Translations under genes and position numbers: made by a program | Part shown: piece by piece, positions 31,101 through 40,411 of the stretch | Numbering within the stretch: position 1 is the first letter of the stretch | Layout: every line of letters starts with the position of its first letter | Source of the DNA: Anaerolineae bacterium | GTDB lineage: Bacteria > Chloroflexota > Anaerolineae > S140-20 | Length of the DNA: 64,000 nt | NCBI GenBank assembly: GCA_027021705.1 | Contig: JALUTT010000144.1 | Span: 1 to 64,000 of the forward strand | Direction of reading: 5' to 3' | Notes under the pieces: model-generated | Told to the model about the DNA's origin: nothing | Databases searched by the model: none | Seen by the model: the letters and a program-made list of their open reading frames with translations, nothing else

Positions 31101-31584
31101 TCTCCGCCTGCATGTAGTCCAGGCCGACGGGGAACCAGACGGGGTTCTGCTGGCCTCGGAAGCGGCCTTCCAGGTCGTCGTGGACGCCGTAGATGTAGAG
31201 GCGGTTTCCTCGGACGAAGGCGGGGCGGAAGAAGGGGAACCCCTGGATGTGATCCCAGTGGGTGTGGCTGATGAAGATGTGGGCCACGCCCTTTCCTTGA
31301 CCAAACTCTTCCTTCATCAGTTCGATGCCCAGGCGGCGCAGCCCCGACCCCGCGTCCAGGATGATCAAGTTCTTGCCGCTACGAACCTCGACGCAAGGGG
31401 TATCGCCGCCGGCGGTGCCACGGATGGGGAAGGGCAGGGTCTCTACATAGGCGTGGACCTCGGTGGGGTCGCTAAGATTGATGCCTTCAGCTTGTAACAG
31501 TGCTTGGATGATCTTCTCGGTGATGGTCTCAGACGTGATCGGTGAGGGAATGGATCCGCGCGTGCCCCATAACTTAAGCTTCAT
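27955..31584 (-). CDS. Multidomain protein: MBL-fold hydrolase + STAS + kinase-like domain + P-loop (AAA_16-type) ATPase
   Basis: WGTRGSIP / SHTHWDHIQG / FHHDP; LAGRLNA..LDAAGL; VTLKVL, HRGL, DFG, YLSPEQ; GEPGIGKT, GNPLYIEE, FTHPLVR. Confidence 0.85.
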   Translation of the reverse strand: MKLKLWGTRGSIPSPITSETITEKIIQALLQAEGINLSDPTEVHAYVETLPFPIRGTAGGDTPCVEVRSGKNLIILDAGSGLRRLGIELMKEEFGQGKGVAHIFISHTHWDHIQGFPFFRPAFVRGNRLYIYGVHDDLEGRFRGQQNPVWFPVGLDYMQAEIHFISLQEGETVTLGNTRIRNIRLNHPGNSYGYRIEDDEACVVYAADNEYKRLDQAGTRHFVEFFRDADVLIFDAMFTLRESLIKEDWGHSNAIIGVDIATLANVRRLLLFHHDPTYTDEEIWTILQDAQNYQAKDYSRSPCEIMVAYDGLELDLYREARLTIDRRQEGPFTILALAGRLNAQRAPQLEQALQEVSTREPSRVILDLGEVVHLDAAGLQAILRSCQHLEALALANPSWDVRRALRRMDSEGILALYETVDEAKEAMRHRIPLVPGQTLDERYEVQALISRDLWGTTYKALDHHLNRLVTLKVLSPSWGERAIKRFLAAAEACRSLRHPHIATLYEMGKAEELHYLVMEYTPGRSLREMLEDHRPLPVRQAFQIALEITSALEHAHQRGALHRGLAPETILIQENGQVRLLDFGLNRPLTDRPLDKVPAYVGSPIYLSPEQLQGRTVGPASDLYALGALLYEMLTGHSPFAASSSEEALLTAKLHQAPPDPRRRRPDLAAPLAHVVLRLMARDPDARYPSAASLRRVLEGLLSVGPMLPLLGREAEIARLLERVQDTLLGGGGLVLITGEPGIGKTRLLQEMIARVQGYTILTGREVEPGSLFPYRPFIDAIRHHLRRNPGDILLLSDFLASSPELPRLIPEAQAAPRPSHPEGNTAGYPTSGQQRLFEGMKHFLEQLAERQPVLFILEDLEAASLSTLALLEYLVRANLPRVLFCVTYRDDLEEDRPLQEWLNRVTGLPGVDLIRLSRLGPVAVHQMTLEITGPGQVPPDFALWLYGETEGNPLYIEEMVRAYLQRPQQGRNRRQVESLTPATLDELVLHRLESLSEEALDLLRHAAVLGFEFEMNLLIAATGRKEEEVLLGLDEVLDLQVLRVSEEELNGGTRVVLRFTHPLVRQVLYAEMLSIVRSRLHRHVGHALERKPANVLEQVIPDLAHHFIQAGEHDKALNYLLWSGRKARALYADVEALHYYDQALTVLEVLERSPTLTAGDRRHRQNQRKALLAAREELLQAIADRGNTYPSAPVTATTPHPAHPTPSG

Positions 31585-31758
31585 ATCCCAGAACCTCGTT
31601 CGCTCTCTCCAATGCAGGCAAACACCGAGGTTAATTATACCATACTGTGCTGGGGAAAGAAAGGGCACGGGTCACACAGGGATTTCGCGCTCCCCGAGGC
31701 TTCCCGGCATCTTACGATCCGTCTGGAGCGCCAAGGAGAACATCGGGGGGAGAAGGGT

Positions 31759-33441
31759 TCAGTCACGCCCCTGGCGCACCTTGGAGGGCTCGATCTCGAC
31801 CACCACGGCGAAGGTCATTGGCCGGCGTCGAGTCTCATTGTAGAAGAACTTACTCAGCGCATTTTGGATGACCGATTGCAATTCATCGCGGCTGCGGTGT
31901 CCGTTCTGGCGGAGCAGGTCCAGTACCTGGCTGCGGGCATTCTCCAGCAGGTCGCTGGCCTCCCGCAGGTAGACGAACCCCCGGGAGAGGATCTCCGGCT
32001 CGGCCAGCGGACGGTGAGTTCGGGCGTCTACCGGCACCACGACGATGACGAAGCCCTCTTCGGCCAGCACCTCTCGGTCCCGGATTACCGCCGGCCCGAT
32101 GTCCCCCACGCCGGAGCCGTCCACGAAGACGTAGCCACCGGGCACCCGATCCCCGATGGTCATCGTCTTCTCGTCCAGCTCGATCACCGTCCCGTTCTCG
32201 ACCACAGCGATCCGGTCGGGTGGGATCCCCAGCTCCTGGGCCATCAGCGCGTGCTGCTTCAGGTGGCGCAGTTCGCCGTGGATAGGGATGAAGTAGCGGG
32301 GACGGATGAGGTTGATCAGTAGCTTCTGCTCTTCCTGGCTGGCGTGACCGGAGACGTGGACGGGGGCGATGGGGTCGTAGAGGACGTTGGCCCCTCGTTG
32401 GAAGAGCCGGTTGATGATGCGGTGGACCATCTCCTCGTTTCCGGGGATGGGGTGGGCCGACATCACGACGGTATCCCCCTCCTGGATGCGCAGGTGACGG
32501 TGTCGGCCCAGGGCCAGCCGGCCCAGGACCGCTGTAGGTTCCCCCTGGGTGCCCGTCGCCATAATGGCCACCTGGCGGGGTGGCAGCCGATTCACCTGGT
32601 TCAGGTCAATGAGCAGCTCTTGGGGGATCTCCAGATACCCCAGGGAGCGGGCCATCTTCACGTTCTCCAGCATCGTGTGGCCGGCGATGGCCAGCTTCCG
32701 CCCGTGCCGCTGGGCGGCGTTGGCCACCTGTTGCACCCGCGAGATGAGGGAGGCGAAGGTGGCGACGATGATCCGGCCCGGGGCCTCGCGGAAGACCCGG
32801 TCGAAGGCGTCGTCAATGACCGCCTCCGAGGGGGTCCAGCCCGGTTTGTCGGCGTTGGTGCTGTCGGCCAGGAGGGCCAGGACGCCTCGGCCCGCGAACT
32901 CGGCCAGCTTGGCGAAGTCAGGTGGACGGCCATCCACCGGCGTGTGGTCGAACTTGTAGTCGCCGGAGTGGACGATGAGCCCCACCGGCGTGGTGATGCC
33001 CAGCCCCACGCTGTCGGGGATGCTGTGGCAGACGTGGAAGGGTTCAATGGTGAAGGGGCCGAGGGTGAAGCGGTCCCCGGCCTCCATCAGGCGGACGTCG
33101 GCCATGTCCTGGAGCTTGGCGTTGCGAAGCTTGACTTCGATCAGCCCCTTGGTGAGCCGGGTGGCGTAGATAGGGGCTTGGATCTCCCGTAGGATGTAGG
33201 GGAGGGCTCCCGTATGGTCCTCGTGACCGTGGGTGACGAGGATCGCCCGCACCCGGTCCTTCTTGTCCAACAGGTAGTTGAAGTCGGGGATGATGAAGTC
33301 CACCCCCAGCATATCGTTTTCGGGGAACATAATGCCCCCATCCACGATCAGGATGTTGCGGCCATACTCGATGCTCATCATATTCTTGCCGATCTCCCCC
33401 AGGCCGCCCAGGGGAACGATGCGGAGTTTTCGGCTTGCCAT
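31759..33441 (-). CDS. rnj: Ribonuclease J
   Basis: PLGGLGEIGKNM, THGHEDH, HSIPD, GTQGEP, HVSGHA, PIHGE, RRPM. Confidence 0.97.
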   Translation of the reverse strand: MASRKLRIVPLGGLGEIGKNMMSIEYGRNILIVDGGIMFPENDMLGVDFIIPDFNYLLDKKDRVRAILVTHGHEDHTGALPYILREIQAPIYATRLTKGLIEVKLRNAKLQDMADVRLMEAGDRFTLGPFTIEPFHVCHSIPDSVGLGITTPVGLIVHSGDYKFDHTPVDGRPPDFAKLAEFAGRGVLALLADSTNADKPGWTPSEAVIDDAFDRVFREAPGRIIVATFASLISRVQQVANAAQRHGRKLAIAGHTMLENVKMARSLGYLEIPQELLIDLNQVNRLPPRQVAIMATGTQGEPTAVLGRLALGRHRHLRIQEGDTVVMSAHPIPGNEEMVHRIINRLFQRGANVLYDPIAPVHVSGHASQEEQKLLINLIRPRYFIPIHGELRHLKQHALMAQELGIPPDRIAVVENGTVIELDEKTMTIGDRVPGGYVFVDGSGVGDIGPAVIRDREVLAEEGFVIVVVPVDARTHRPLAEPEILSRGFVYLREASDLLENARSQVLDLLRQNGHRSRDELQSVIQNALSKFFYNETRRRPMTFAVVVEIEPSKVRQGRD

Positions 33442-33542
33442 AGACGTGATCCTCCCAGGATAACAAAAAAACCGCCGACGCCGTGGCTGGCCCAGCGGTT
33501 CCCCCCAAAGACCTCTCTTGAACGATCCAACGGTGCCTCGGT

Positions 33543-33571
33543 ATGGTAACACAACTTGCCCATTCCGTCAA
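33543..33571 (-). promoter_or_regulatory. Sigma70 promoter of rnj
   Basis: Minus strand TTGACG-17-TACCAT with extended TG. Confidence 0.65.
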
Positions 33572-33583
33572 GGAGAGGGAATC

Positions 33584-33738
33584 CGGTGATTACCCATATC
33601 TTTGGAGATAGGGAGACGAGCCGTCCACGAATGGGGCACGAATACACGAATTAAGGACCGCCACATTCGTGCATTTGTGAGAAATTCGTGGACGGCCTGC
33701 TACGGACCACTCTCGCGCTCACTTGTGGGTAATCACCG
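33584..33738. mobile_element. MITE family A, full copy (~155 bp)
   Basis: TIRs CGGTGATTACCCA / TGGGTAATCACCG; flanking duplication (a/c)GAGGGAATC; internal GCCGTCCACGAAT...ATTCGTGGACGGC hairpin. Confidence 0.85.
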
Positions 33739-33768
33739 CGAGGGAATCCGAATCCCGGCAAAAGGGCC

Positions 33769-33797
33769 TTGACATCTGCTCCCTTTTGGTGTATACT
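33769..33797 (+). promoter_or_regulatory. Sigma70 promoter of the tetR/acyl-CoA operon
   Basis: TTGACA-17-TATACT. Confidence 0.8.
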
Positions 33798-33830
33798 GAC
33801 TGCGAGTCAGTAACTGACCGACGGTTAGTA
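33794..33830. promoter_or_regulatory. Tandem palindromic operator (putative TetR sites)
   Basis: TACTGACTGCGAGTCAGTA and AACTGACCGACGGTTAGTA overlapping the -10/+1 region. Confidence 0.7.
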
Positions 33831-33843
33831 GAAAGGGGGAGCG

Positions 33844-34491
33844 GTGGCCACAGCAGCACGCCGGCGGCGGGAGCGGGAGCAACGCCGGGAATCCATCCTC
33901 CGGGCAGCTCGGGAGGTCTTCTTCCGGCGGGGCTTTCACCGGGCCACCGTGGACGAGGTCGCCGAAGTCGCCGAGGTCAGCAAAGGGACCGTCTACCTCT
34001 ACTTCGAGAGCAAAGAGACCATCCTGGCCCATCTCCTCCTGGAGGGATTGAACGAATTGGTGAAGCGCCTGGAACGGGCCTTCGCCCCCGAAGAAGCCCT
34101 GGCAGCCGATGTGCGAATTCGCAGGCTGGCCAGGGCTTATCTTTCTTTCTTCCAGGAGGAGCCTGACTACTTCCGGCTGCTCATGGCCCTGGACCGGGGG
34201 CGGTTCCAGGAGACGGTGCCCGAGGAGGTCTACCAGCAGGTCCTGACCCAGAGCCTGCGCGGGCTCCACTGGCTGGTGCAGGCCGTCCAACAAGGGGCGG
34301 ACGAAGGCCGCTTCCAGGTGGAGGATGCCCGGCAGGCTGCCGGTGTCCTCTGGGCGGCTCTTAACGGCGTCCTCGTCCTGCTGGGCCACCCTCTCCGCCG
34401 CGAGATCTTGGCTTCTGAGCTGGAAACCCTCTACGAAGCCGCCCTGGAGACCGTGCTGCGCGGGTGGCAGTGCGAAGGGCGTAAAACGTAG
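33844..34491 (+). CDS. TetR/AcrR family transcriptional regulator
   Basis: ILRAAREVF...ATVDEVAEVAEVSKGTVYLYFESKE. Confidence 0.95.
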   Translation: MATAARRRREREQRRESILRAAREVFFRRGFHRATVDEVAEVAEVSKGTVYLYFESKETILAHLLLEGLNELVKRLERAFAPEEALAADVRIRRLARAYLSFFQEEPDYFRLLMALDRGRFQETVPEEVYQQVLTQSLRGLHWLVQAVQQGADEGRFQVEDARQAAGVLWAALNGVLVLLGHPLRREILASELETLYEAALETVLRGWQCEGRKT

Positions 34492-34532
34492 GGCGTAAAC
34501 GTAAGGCGTAAAACGTAAGGCGTAAAACGTGA
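34477..34532. repeat. Heptamer tandem array (CGTAAAA/CGTAAGG)
   Basis: Direct reading; spans the tetR stop codon. Confidence 0.85.
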
Positions 34533-34547
34533 CCGAGAGAGGAGGAT

Positions 34548-35762
34548 ATGATGCGCGACGTCGTTCTCATCGGCCCGGTGCGCACACCGGTGGGTTCCCA
34601 CGGTGGGGCGCTGCGGGACCTGCGGGCCCAGGACCTGGCCAAGATCGTCTTCGAGGCGGTGTTGGGACGGACGGGCCTGGAGCCGGCCTTGCTGGACGAG
34701 GTGATCCTGGGCAACATCGGGCAGCCCTCCGACGCGGCCAATATCGCCCGTGTCGCTGCGCTGATGGCCGGCATCCCTAAAGAGGTGCCCGGCTTCACCG
34801 TCCAGCGCAACTGCGCCTCCGGCCTTCAGGCCATCACCTCGGCCTATCAGGTGATCCAGGCCGGCGATGGTGAACTCTTCCTGGTCGGGGGGACGGAGAG
34901 TATGAGCAACATCCCCTACATCATCAAGAAGGCCCGCTGGGGGCTGAAGCTGCGCCATGCCGAGCTGACCGATGCCCTCTGGGAGGGGCTGACGGATCCC
35001 ATTGCCGGCCAGATCATGGGCCGCACCGCCGAGAACTTGGTGGAGCGCTACGAGATCAGCCGCGAGGAGCAGGACGAGTACGCCGTCAACTCTCACAAGA
35101 AAGCCTTCCGGGCCACCCGGATGGGCAAGTTCCGGGACGAGATCGTGCCCGTCGAGGTGATCAAGCGGGCCGCCGGCCGCGAGGTCGCCAAGGAGGTCAT
35201 CACCGAGGACGAGAGCATCAACCCGGCCCTGACCGTCCAGAAGGCGGCCCTCTACCCGGCCATCTTCAAGGAGGGGGGCTCGGTGACCCCGGCCAACTCC
35301 TGCCCCATCAACGACGGTGCGGCGGCGATGCTCGTCGCCACGGCGGAGAGGGCGGCCGAGTTGGGGCTGGAGCCGATGGCCCGCATCGTCTCCTACGCCT
35401 ACGCCGGGGTGGACCCCGCCTACATGGGCATCGGCCCGGCCTATGCCATCCCCAAGGCGCTCCAGCGGGCCGGTCTCTCGCTGGACGACATTGACCTCAT
35501 CGAGCTCAACGAGGCCTTCGCCGCCCAGGTCCTGGCCGTCGCCATCGAGATGGAACGCCAGGGGCACAACTGGGACTGGGAGAAGGTGAACGTCAACGGC
35601 GGGGCCATCGCCCTGGGCCATCCCGTGGGCGCGACGGGGGCCAAGATCACCACGACCCTGCTCCACGAGATGAAGCGCCGCAAGGTCCGCTACGGTCTCT
35701 CCACGATGTGCGTGGGCGGTGGGCAGGGCGGCGCGATGATCGTCGAGAACCTGATGCTCTGA
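34548..35762 (+). CDS. Acetyl-CoA C-acyltransferase (thiolase)
   Basis: [26 protein letters not shown]. Confidence 0.95.
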   Translation: MMRDVVLIGPVRTPVGSHGGALRDLRAQDLAKIVFEAVLGRTGLEPALLDEVILGNIGQPSDAANIARVAALMAGIPKEVPGFTVQRNCASGLQAITSAYQVIQAGDGELFLVGGTESMSNIPYIIKKARWGLKLRHAELTDALWEGLTDPIAGQIMGRTAENLVERYEISREEQDEYAVNSHKKAFRATRMGKFRDEIVPVEVIKRAAGREVAKEVITEDESINPALTVQKAALYPAIFKEGGSVTPANSCPINDGAAAMLVATAERAAELGLEPMARIVSYAYAGVDPAYMGIGPAYAIPKALQRAGLSLDDIDLIELNEAFAAQVLAVAIEMERQGHNWDWEKVNVNGGAIALGHPVGATGAKITTTLLHEMKRRKVRYGLSTMCVGGGQGGAMIVENLML

Positions 35763-35816
35763 GCGCGGCCGACGGTCGGTCACCGGCCGCCGGTTGTCCA
35801 GCCTAAGGAGGGAGCG

Positions 35817-37040
35817 ATGTACATCTTCAAGGTCGCTGTGGTGGGCGCCGGCATTATGGGCGCCGAGATCACCCAGGTGGTCAGCTACGCCGGGTTGCCG
35901 GTCGTGATGAAGGACATAGACCAGGCGATCCTGGACAAGGCGATGGATCACATCCGGGGCATCTACCAGCGCCGGGTGGACAAGGGGAAGATGAGCCCCG
36001 GCGATATGGCCTCCAAGATGGACCTCATCACCCCCACGCTGACCTACGACGAGTTCGGCGACGTGGACCTGGTCATCGAGGCCGTCCCGGAGCGGGTGGA
36101 GATCAAGAAGCGGGTCTTCCAGGAATTGCACGAGGTTTGCCCGGAGTCCACCATCTTCGCCAGCAACACCTCCGCCCTCTCCATCTCGGAGATGGGAACG
36201 GCCAGCGGGCGGCCGGAGAAGATGATCGGGATGCACTTCTTCAACCCGGCCCACGTGATGAAGCTGGTCGAGGTGATCCCCGGTCTGGACACCTCCCAGG
36301 AGACGGTGGACGACATCGTGATGTTCAGCGAGACGCTGCGCAAGATCCCCGTCGTGGTCAAGGAATGCCCCGGCTTCCTGGTCAATCGGCTGTTGCTGCC
36401 CTACCTCAACGAGGCCGTGATGGCGCTGGAGGAGGGGGCGGCCTCGGCACCGGAGATTGACAAGGCGATGGTCGAGTTCGGCATGCCGATGGGCCCCTTC
36501 ACCCTGATGGATATGCTGGGGCTGGATGTGGCCTACGACGTGGGCCAGTACATGGGCGAGGAGTATGGAGAACGGATGAAGGGAGCGCCCCTCTTCGCCA
36601 AGCTGGTGGAACGGGGCCGGCTGGGGGAGAAGAGCGGCGCCGGCTTCTACGACTACCCCGGCGGCGAGACGGAGACGCTGGAGCAGATCATCCGGGAGCT
36701 CCAGGAGAGCGGTGAGGTGCCGACGGGGACCGAGTTCAGCGTGGACCGACTGATCCTGCCGATGATCAACGAAGCGACCCTCTGCCTCCAGGAAGGCATC
36801 GCCAGCGCTTCGGACATTGATATGGCGATGATCGCCGGCACGGGCATGACCTACCACGGGGAGCGGATGGGACCGCTGGCCGTGGCCGACGAGATGGGGC
36901 TGGACGTGGTGCTGGAGAAGCTGGAGGCGCTGCGGGAGCGCCTGGGCGAGCGTTTCCGCCCCACCTGGTCGCTGCGGCTCAAGGTGCGGGCCGGCCACCT
37001 GGGCAAGAAGGTCGGCCGTGGATTCCACGAGTATGCCTAA
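35817..37040 (+). CDS. 3-hydroxyacyl-CoA dehydrogenase with duplicated C-terminal domain
   Basis: GAGIMG, IEAVPE, ASNTS, GMHFFNP, PGFLVNR; second GPL..D..GLD. Confidence 0.93.
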   Translation: MYIFKVAVVGAGIMGAEITQVVSYAGLPVVMKDIDQAILDKAMDHIRGIYQRRVDKGKMSPGDMASKMDLITPTLTYDEFGDVDLVIEAVPERVEIKKRVFQELHEVCPESTIFASNTSALSISEMGTASGRPEKMIGMHFFNPAHVMKLVEVIPGLDTSQETVDDIVMFSETLRKIPVVVKECPGFLVNRLLLPYLNEAVMALEEGAASAPEIDKAMVEFGMPMGPFTLMDMLGLDVAYDVGQYMGEEYGERMKGAPLFAKLVERGRLGEKSGAGFYDYPGGETETLEQIIRELQESGEVPTGTEFSVDRLILPMINEATLCLQEGIASASDIDMAMIAGTGMTYHGERMGPLAVADEMGLDVVLEKLEALRERLGERFRPTWSLRLKVRAGHLGKKVGRGFHEYA

Positions 37041-37067
37041 CCGGTGCAAGAGAACGAGGAGCGGAAA

Positions 37068-37856
37068 ATGGCCGAGTACCAGAACGTGCGCATTGCCATC
37101 GAGGACCGGGTGGCGACTTTGACCATTGACCACCCGCCGGTGAACGCTTTCAACCGCCAGACCCTCCAGGAGCTGGATGCGGCGCTGGACGAGCTGCTGG
37201 AGAACCCCGAGGTGAAGGCCATCGTCATCGCCGGCGCGGGCCAGTACGCCTTCGTCGCCGGGGCCGACATCAACGAGATCGCGGCCATCAAGTCCCGCGA
37301 GGAAGCGGAGGAGATGCTGCGGCTGGGCCATCGCGTCTTCAACAAGATCGAGCGCAGCCCCAAGCCGGTCATCGCCGCCATCCACGCCGCCTGCCTGGGC
37401 GGGGGGCTGGAGATGGCGATGGCTTGCCACTTCCGCATCGCCGGCGACCGGGCCCGCCTGGGCCAGCCGGAGATCAACCTGGGCATCATCCCCGGCTGGG
37501 GCGGCACCCAGCGCCTCCCCCGGCTGGTGGGCAAGGCGAAGGCCCTGGAGATGATCCTGACCGGCGATCCCATCACCGCCCAGGAGGCCTACCGCATCGG
37601 CTTGGTCAACAAGGTCGTGCCCGGCAACGCGGTGCTTAAGACGGCCCGCGACCTGGCCCGCAAGATCGCCAGCAAAGGGGCCATCGCCGTCCAGGCCGGG
37701 ATGACCGCCGTCAGCGAGGGACTGGAAGCTCCCACGCTGGAGGAGGGGCTGGAGGTGGAGTTGGCCCAGTTCCTGCGCCTGACGGAGACCGAGGACATGC
37801 GTGAGGGCGTGACCGCTTTCCTCGAGAAACGCCAGCCCAAGTTCCAGGATCGGTGA
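37068..37856 (+). CDS. Enoyl-CoA hydratase
   Basis: [33 protein letters not shown]. Confidence 0.95.
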   Translation: MAEYQNVRIAIEDRVATLTIDHPPVNAFNRQTLQELDAALDELLENPEVKAIVIAGAGQYAFVAGADINEIAAIKSREEAEEMLRLGHRVFNKIERSPKPVIAAIHAACLGGGLEMAMACHFRIAGDRARLGQPEINLGIIPGWGGTQRLPRLVGKAKALEMILTGDPITAQEAYRIGLVNKVVPGNAVLKTARDLARKIASKGAIAVQAGMTAVSEGLEAPTLEEGLEVELAQFLRLTETEDMREGVTAFLEKRQPKFQDR

Positions 37857-37997
37857 GGCGGTTGCGGCCGGAATGGCCGTCGGGAGACCGGGCGGTCGCG
37901 GGCCTGCCCCCCGGCGGGCAGCCCGCGCCGCCAAAGGGATCTCCCCGTAGGCCGGAATCCCTATTCCGGCGGGCTGAGCATCAAGGAGCACAGGCCG

Positions 37998-39161
37998 ATG
38001 GATTTCCACTGGAGTGAAGAACAGGAGATGTTCCTCTCCCTCTTCCGCGATTTCGCCCAGAAGGAGGTGGCACCCTGCGCGGAAGAGACCGACCACCAGG
38101 AGAAGCCTCCGATGGAGGTCCTGCGGAAGGCGGCGATGCAGGGCTTCCTGGGGGCGACGCTCCCCGAGGAGCAGATGGGGGCCGGCCTGGACCACGTGAG
38201 CTACGGCCTCCTGATCGAGGAGCTGGCCAAAGCCTGCCTCTCCACGGCCCTCATCGTCGCCATCCACAACAGCCTGGTGGCCGAGACCATCCTGGCCTTC
38301 GGCAGCCCGGAGCAGCAGGAGACCTACCTGCCGATGCTGGCCGCCGGTGAGGCCATCGGGGCCTTCGCCCTCAACGAGGCCGATGCCGGGGCCGACTTCT
38401 CCCGGCTGACGACCCAGGCCGTCCGCCAGGACGACGGCTACCTGCTTCGGGGGAGCAAGTGGTGGGTCGCCAACGGCGAGATCGCGGGCCTCTTCATCGT
38501 CTTCGCCGCCTCGGACCCGACGGCCAACGGGCGGGGGCTCAGTGCCTTCTTGGTGGAAGCGGACACACCGGGCTTGAAGGTGGCCCACCGGGAGCCCACC
38601 CTAGGGCTGCGGGGGTTGCCCCTGAACGTCCTCTACCTGGATGACTGCCGGGTGCCGGCCGCCAATCGGCTGGGCGCGGAAGGGGAGGGCTACGCCATCG
38701 CCGCGGCGGCCTTGGACCGCTTCCGCATCGCCCTGGGCTCCGCCGCCCTGGGCATCTCCGAGGCGGCCCTGGCAGCCGGCGTCCGCTTCGCCTCCGAGCG
38801 CAAGCAGTTCGACGCCCTCATCGCCCAGAAGCAGGCGATCCAGAACTTCATCGCCGAGGCGAAGGCCCGGATCGAAGGGCTGCGCTACCTGGTCTATCAC
38901 GCCGGCTGGCTCCTGGACCAGGGGGCCGACGTGGAGGAGGCCGCTGCCCTGGTCAAGCTCTGGGCCGGGGAGGTCGCCCGCTTCGTCACCGACAAGATGG
39001 TCCAGGTCCACGGCGGCTACGGCTACATGGAGGAGTACCCCATCGTCCGGATGTACCGGGATGCCCGCGCCCTGGGCCTGATCGGTGGCCCCACGGAGCT
39101 GCAGCGGGTGACCATTGCCCGCTCTCTCTTCGCCCCGCTGGGCGTGGAGATCCTGCCCTAA
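37998..39161 (+). CDS. Acyl-CoA dehydrogenase-like subunit lacking the usual catalytic Glu
   Basis: ACAD fold motifs (GSKWW, QVHGGYGY, YRDAR) but LIGGPTE in place of IYEGTNE. Confidence 0.88.
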   Translation: MDFHWSEEQEMFLSLFRDFAQKEVAPCAEETDHQEKPPMEVLRKAAMQGFLGATLPEEQMGAGLDHVSYGLLIEELAKACLSTALIVAIHNSLVAETILAFGSPEQQETYLPMLAAGEAIGAFALNEADAGADFSRLTTQAVRQDDGYLLRGSKWWVANGEIAGLFIVFAASDPTANGRGLSAFLVEADTPGLKVAHREPTLGLRGLPLNVLYLDDCRVPAANRLGAEGEGYAIAAAALDRFRIALGSAALGISEAALAAGVRFASERKQFDALIAQKQAIQNFIAEAKARIEGLRYLVYHAGWLLDQGADVEEAAALVKLWAGEVARFVTDKMVQVHGGYGYMEEYPIVRMYRDARALGLIGGPTELQRVTIARSLFAPLGVEILP

Positions 39162-39178
39162 GTCAGGAGGGATGTCCG

Positions 39179-40345
39179 ATGGACTTCACCCTATCCCCTG
39201 AACACGAGGCCCTGCGCCGACTGGTGCGGGAGTTCGCCGAGAACGAGGTCCGGCCCGTGGCCAAGGCGATAGACCGGGAGCACCGGGTGCCGATGGAGAA
39301 CCTGAAGAAGGCGGCCAAGCTGGGGCTGCTGGGCGTCCCCTTTCCCCAGGAGTACGGGGGGATGGGGGCCGGCGAGACGGGCTACTGCATCCTGATGGAG
39401 GAGCTGGGCCGCGTCTGCACCAGCACCGCCACCTGCATCGGCGCTCACATCGGCATCGGGGCCATGTCCATCTACCTGGACGGGACCGAGGAGCAGAAGC
39501 GGAAGTACCTGACCCCCCTGGCCCAGGGGGAGAAGATCGCCGCCTTCGCCCTCACCGAGCCCGGGGCCGGCTCCGACGCCGCCGCCATCCGCACCCGCGC
39601 CGTCCGCGAAGGGGACAGCTACATCCTCGACGGGATGAAGCACTTCATCACCAACGGTGGCTTCGCCGACATCGTCACCGTTCTCGCCGTCACCAACCCC
39701 GCCCTGGGGGCTCGGGGTGGGATCACCGCCTTCATCGTCGAGACCCACTGGGAAGGCTTCAAGGTGGCGGGGGCGGCCAACAAGATGGGCATCCGAGGCA
39801 CCGACACGGCGGAGCTGGTCTTCGAGGACCTGCGGGTGCCGGAGGAGAACGTGTTGGGCCGGGTGGGCGAGGGCTTCGCCACCTTTATGAAGGCCCTAGA
39901 CCTGGGCCGGCTGACCCTGGGGGCTGCCTGTCTGGGTGGGGCTCAGGCCGCCCTGGAGGCCAGCATCGCCTGGGCCAAGGCCAGGACCGCCTTCGGACGC
40001 CCGCTGGCTCATATGCAGACCATCCAGTGGATGATCGCGGACATGGCCACGGAGATCGAGGCGCTGCGCTCGTTGGTCTACCGGACCGCCTGGCTGGTGG
40101 ACACCGGCCGGCCCTTCAGCCGGGAGGCGGCGATGTGCAAGCTCTACGGCTCCGAGGTCGCTTCCCGGGCCATTGACCGGACGCTGCAGATCTACGGGGC
40201 GCTGGGCTACAGCCGCGAGGCGGAGATCGAGCGGATGTTCCGTGACGCCCGCATCGCCGAGATCTTCGAGGGGACCAACGAGATCCAGCGCTTCGTCATC
40301 GCCGCCCAGATCTTCCGGGAGGCCGGCGTCCGCATCCGACCGTAA
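39179..40345 (+). CDS. Acyl-CoA dehydrogenase
   Basis: ALTEPGAGSD, KMGIRG, RDARIAEIFEGTNEIQR. Confidence 0.95.
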   Translation: MDFTLSPEHEALRRLVREFAENEVRPVAKAIDREHRVPMENLKKAAKLGLLGVPFPQEYGGMGAGETGYCILMEELGRVCTSTATCIGAHIGIGAMSIYLDGTEEQKRKYLTPLAQGEKIAAFALTEPGAGSDAAAIRTRAVREGDSYILDGMKHFITNGGFADIVTVLAVTNPALGARGGITAFIVETHWEGFKVAGAANKMGIRGTDTAELVFEDLRVPEENVLGRVGEGFATFMKALDLGRLTLGAACLGGAQAALEASIAWAKARTAFGRPLAHMQTIQWMIADMATEIEALRSLVYRTAWLVDTGRPFSREAAMCKLYGSEVASRAIDRTLQIYGALGYSREAEIERMFRDARIAEIFEGTNEIQRFVIAAQIFREAGVRIRP

Positions 40346-40411
40346 CGCTCTACAACACGCGACACACAACCCGCGATACGTATCACGCCTTTGCGCGGAG
40401 AGGAACCTGCC

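Noticed and set aside
37857..37990. Structured ncRNA between the hydratase and ACAD genes
   Set aside because: GC-rich hairpins and a GTAGGCCGGAAT..ATTCCGGC REP-like palindrome only; no family features to support a call
34431..38588. 1385-aa minus-strand ORF
   Set aside because: Antisense shadow of the thiolase, dehydrogenase, hydratase and ACAD genes in high-GC DNA; no recognisable motifs
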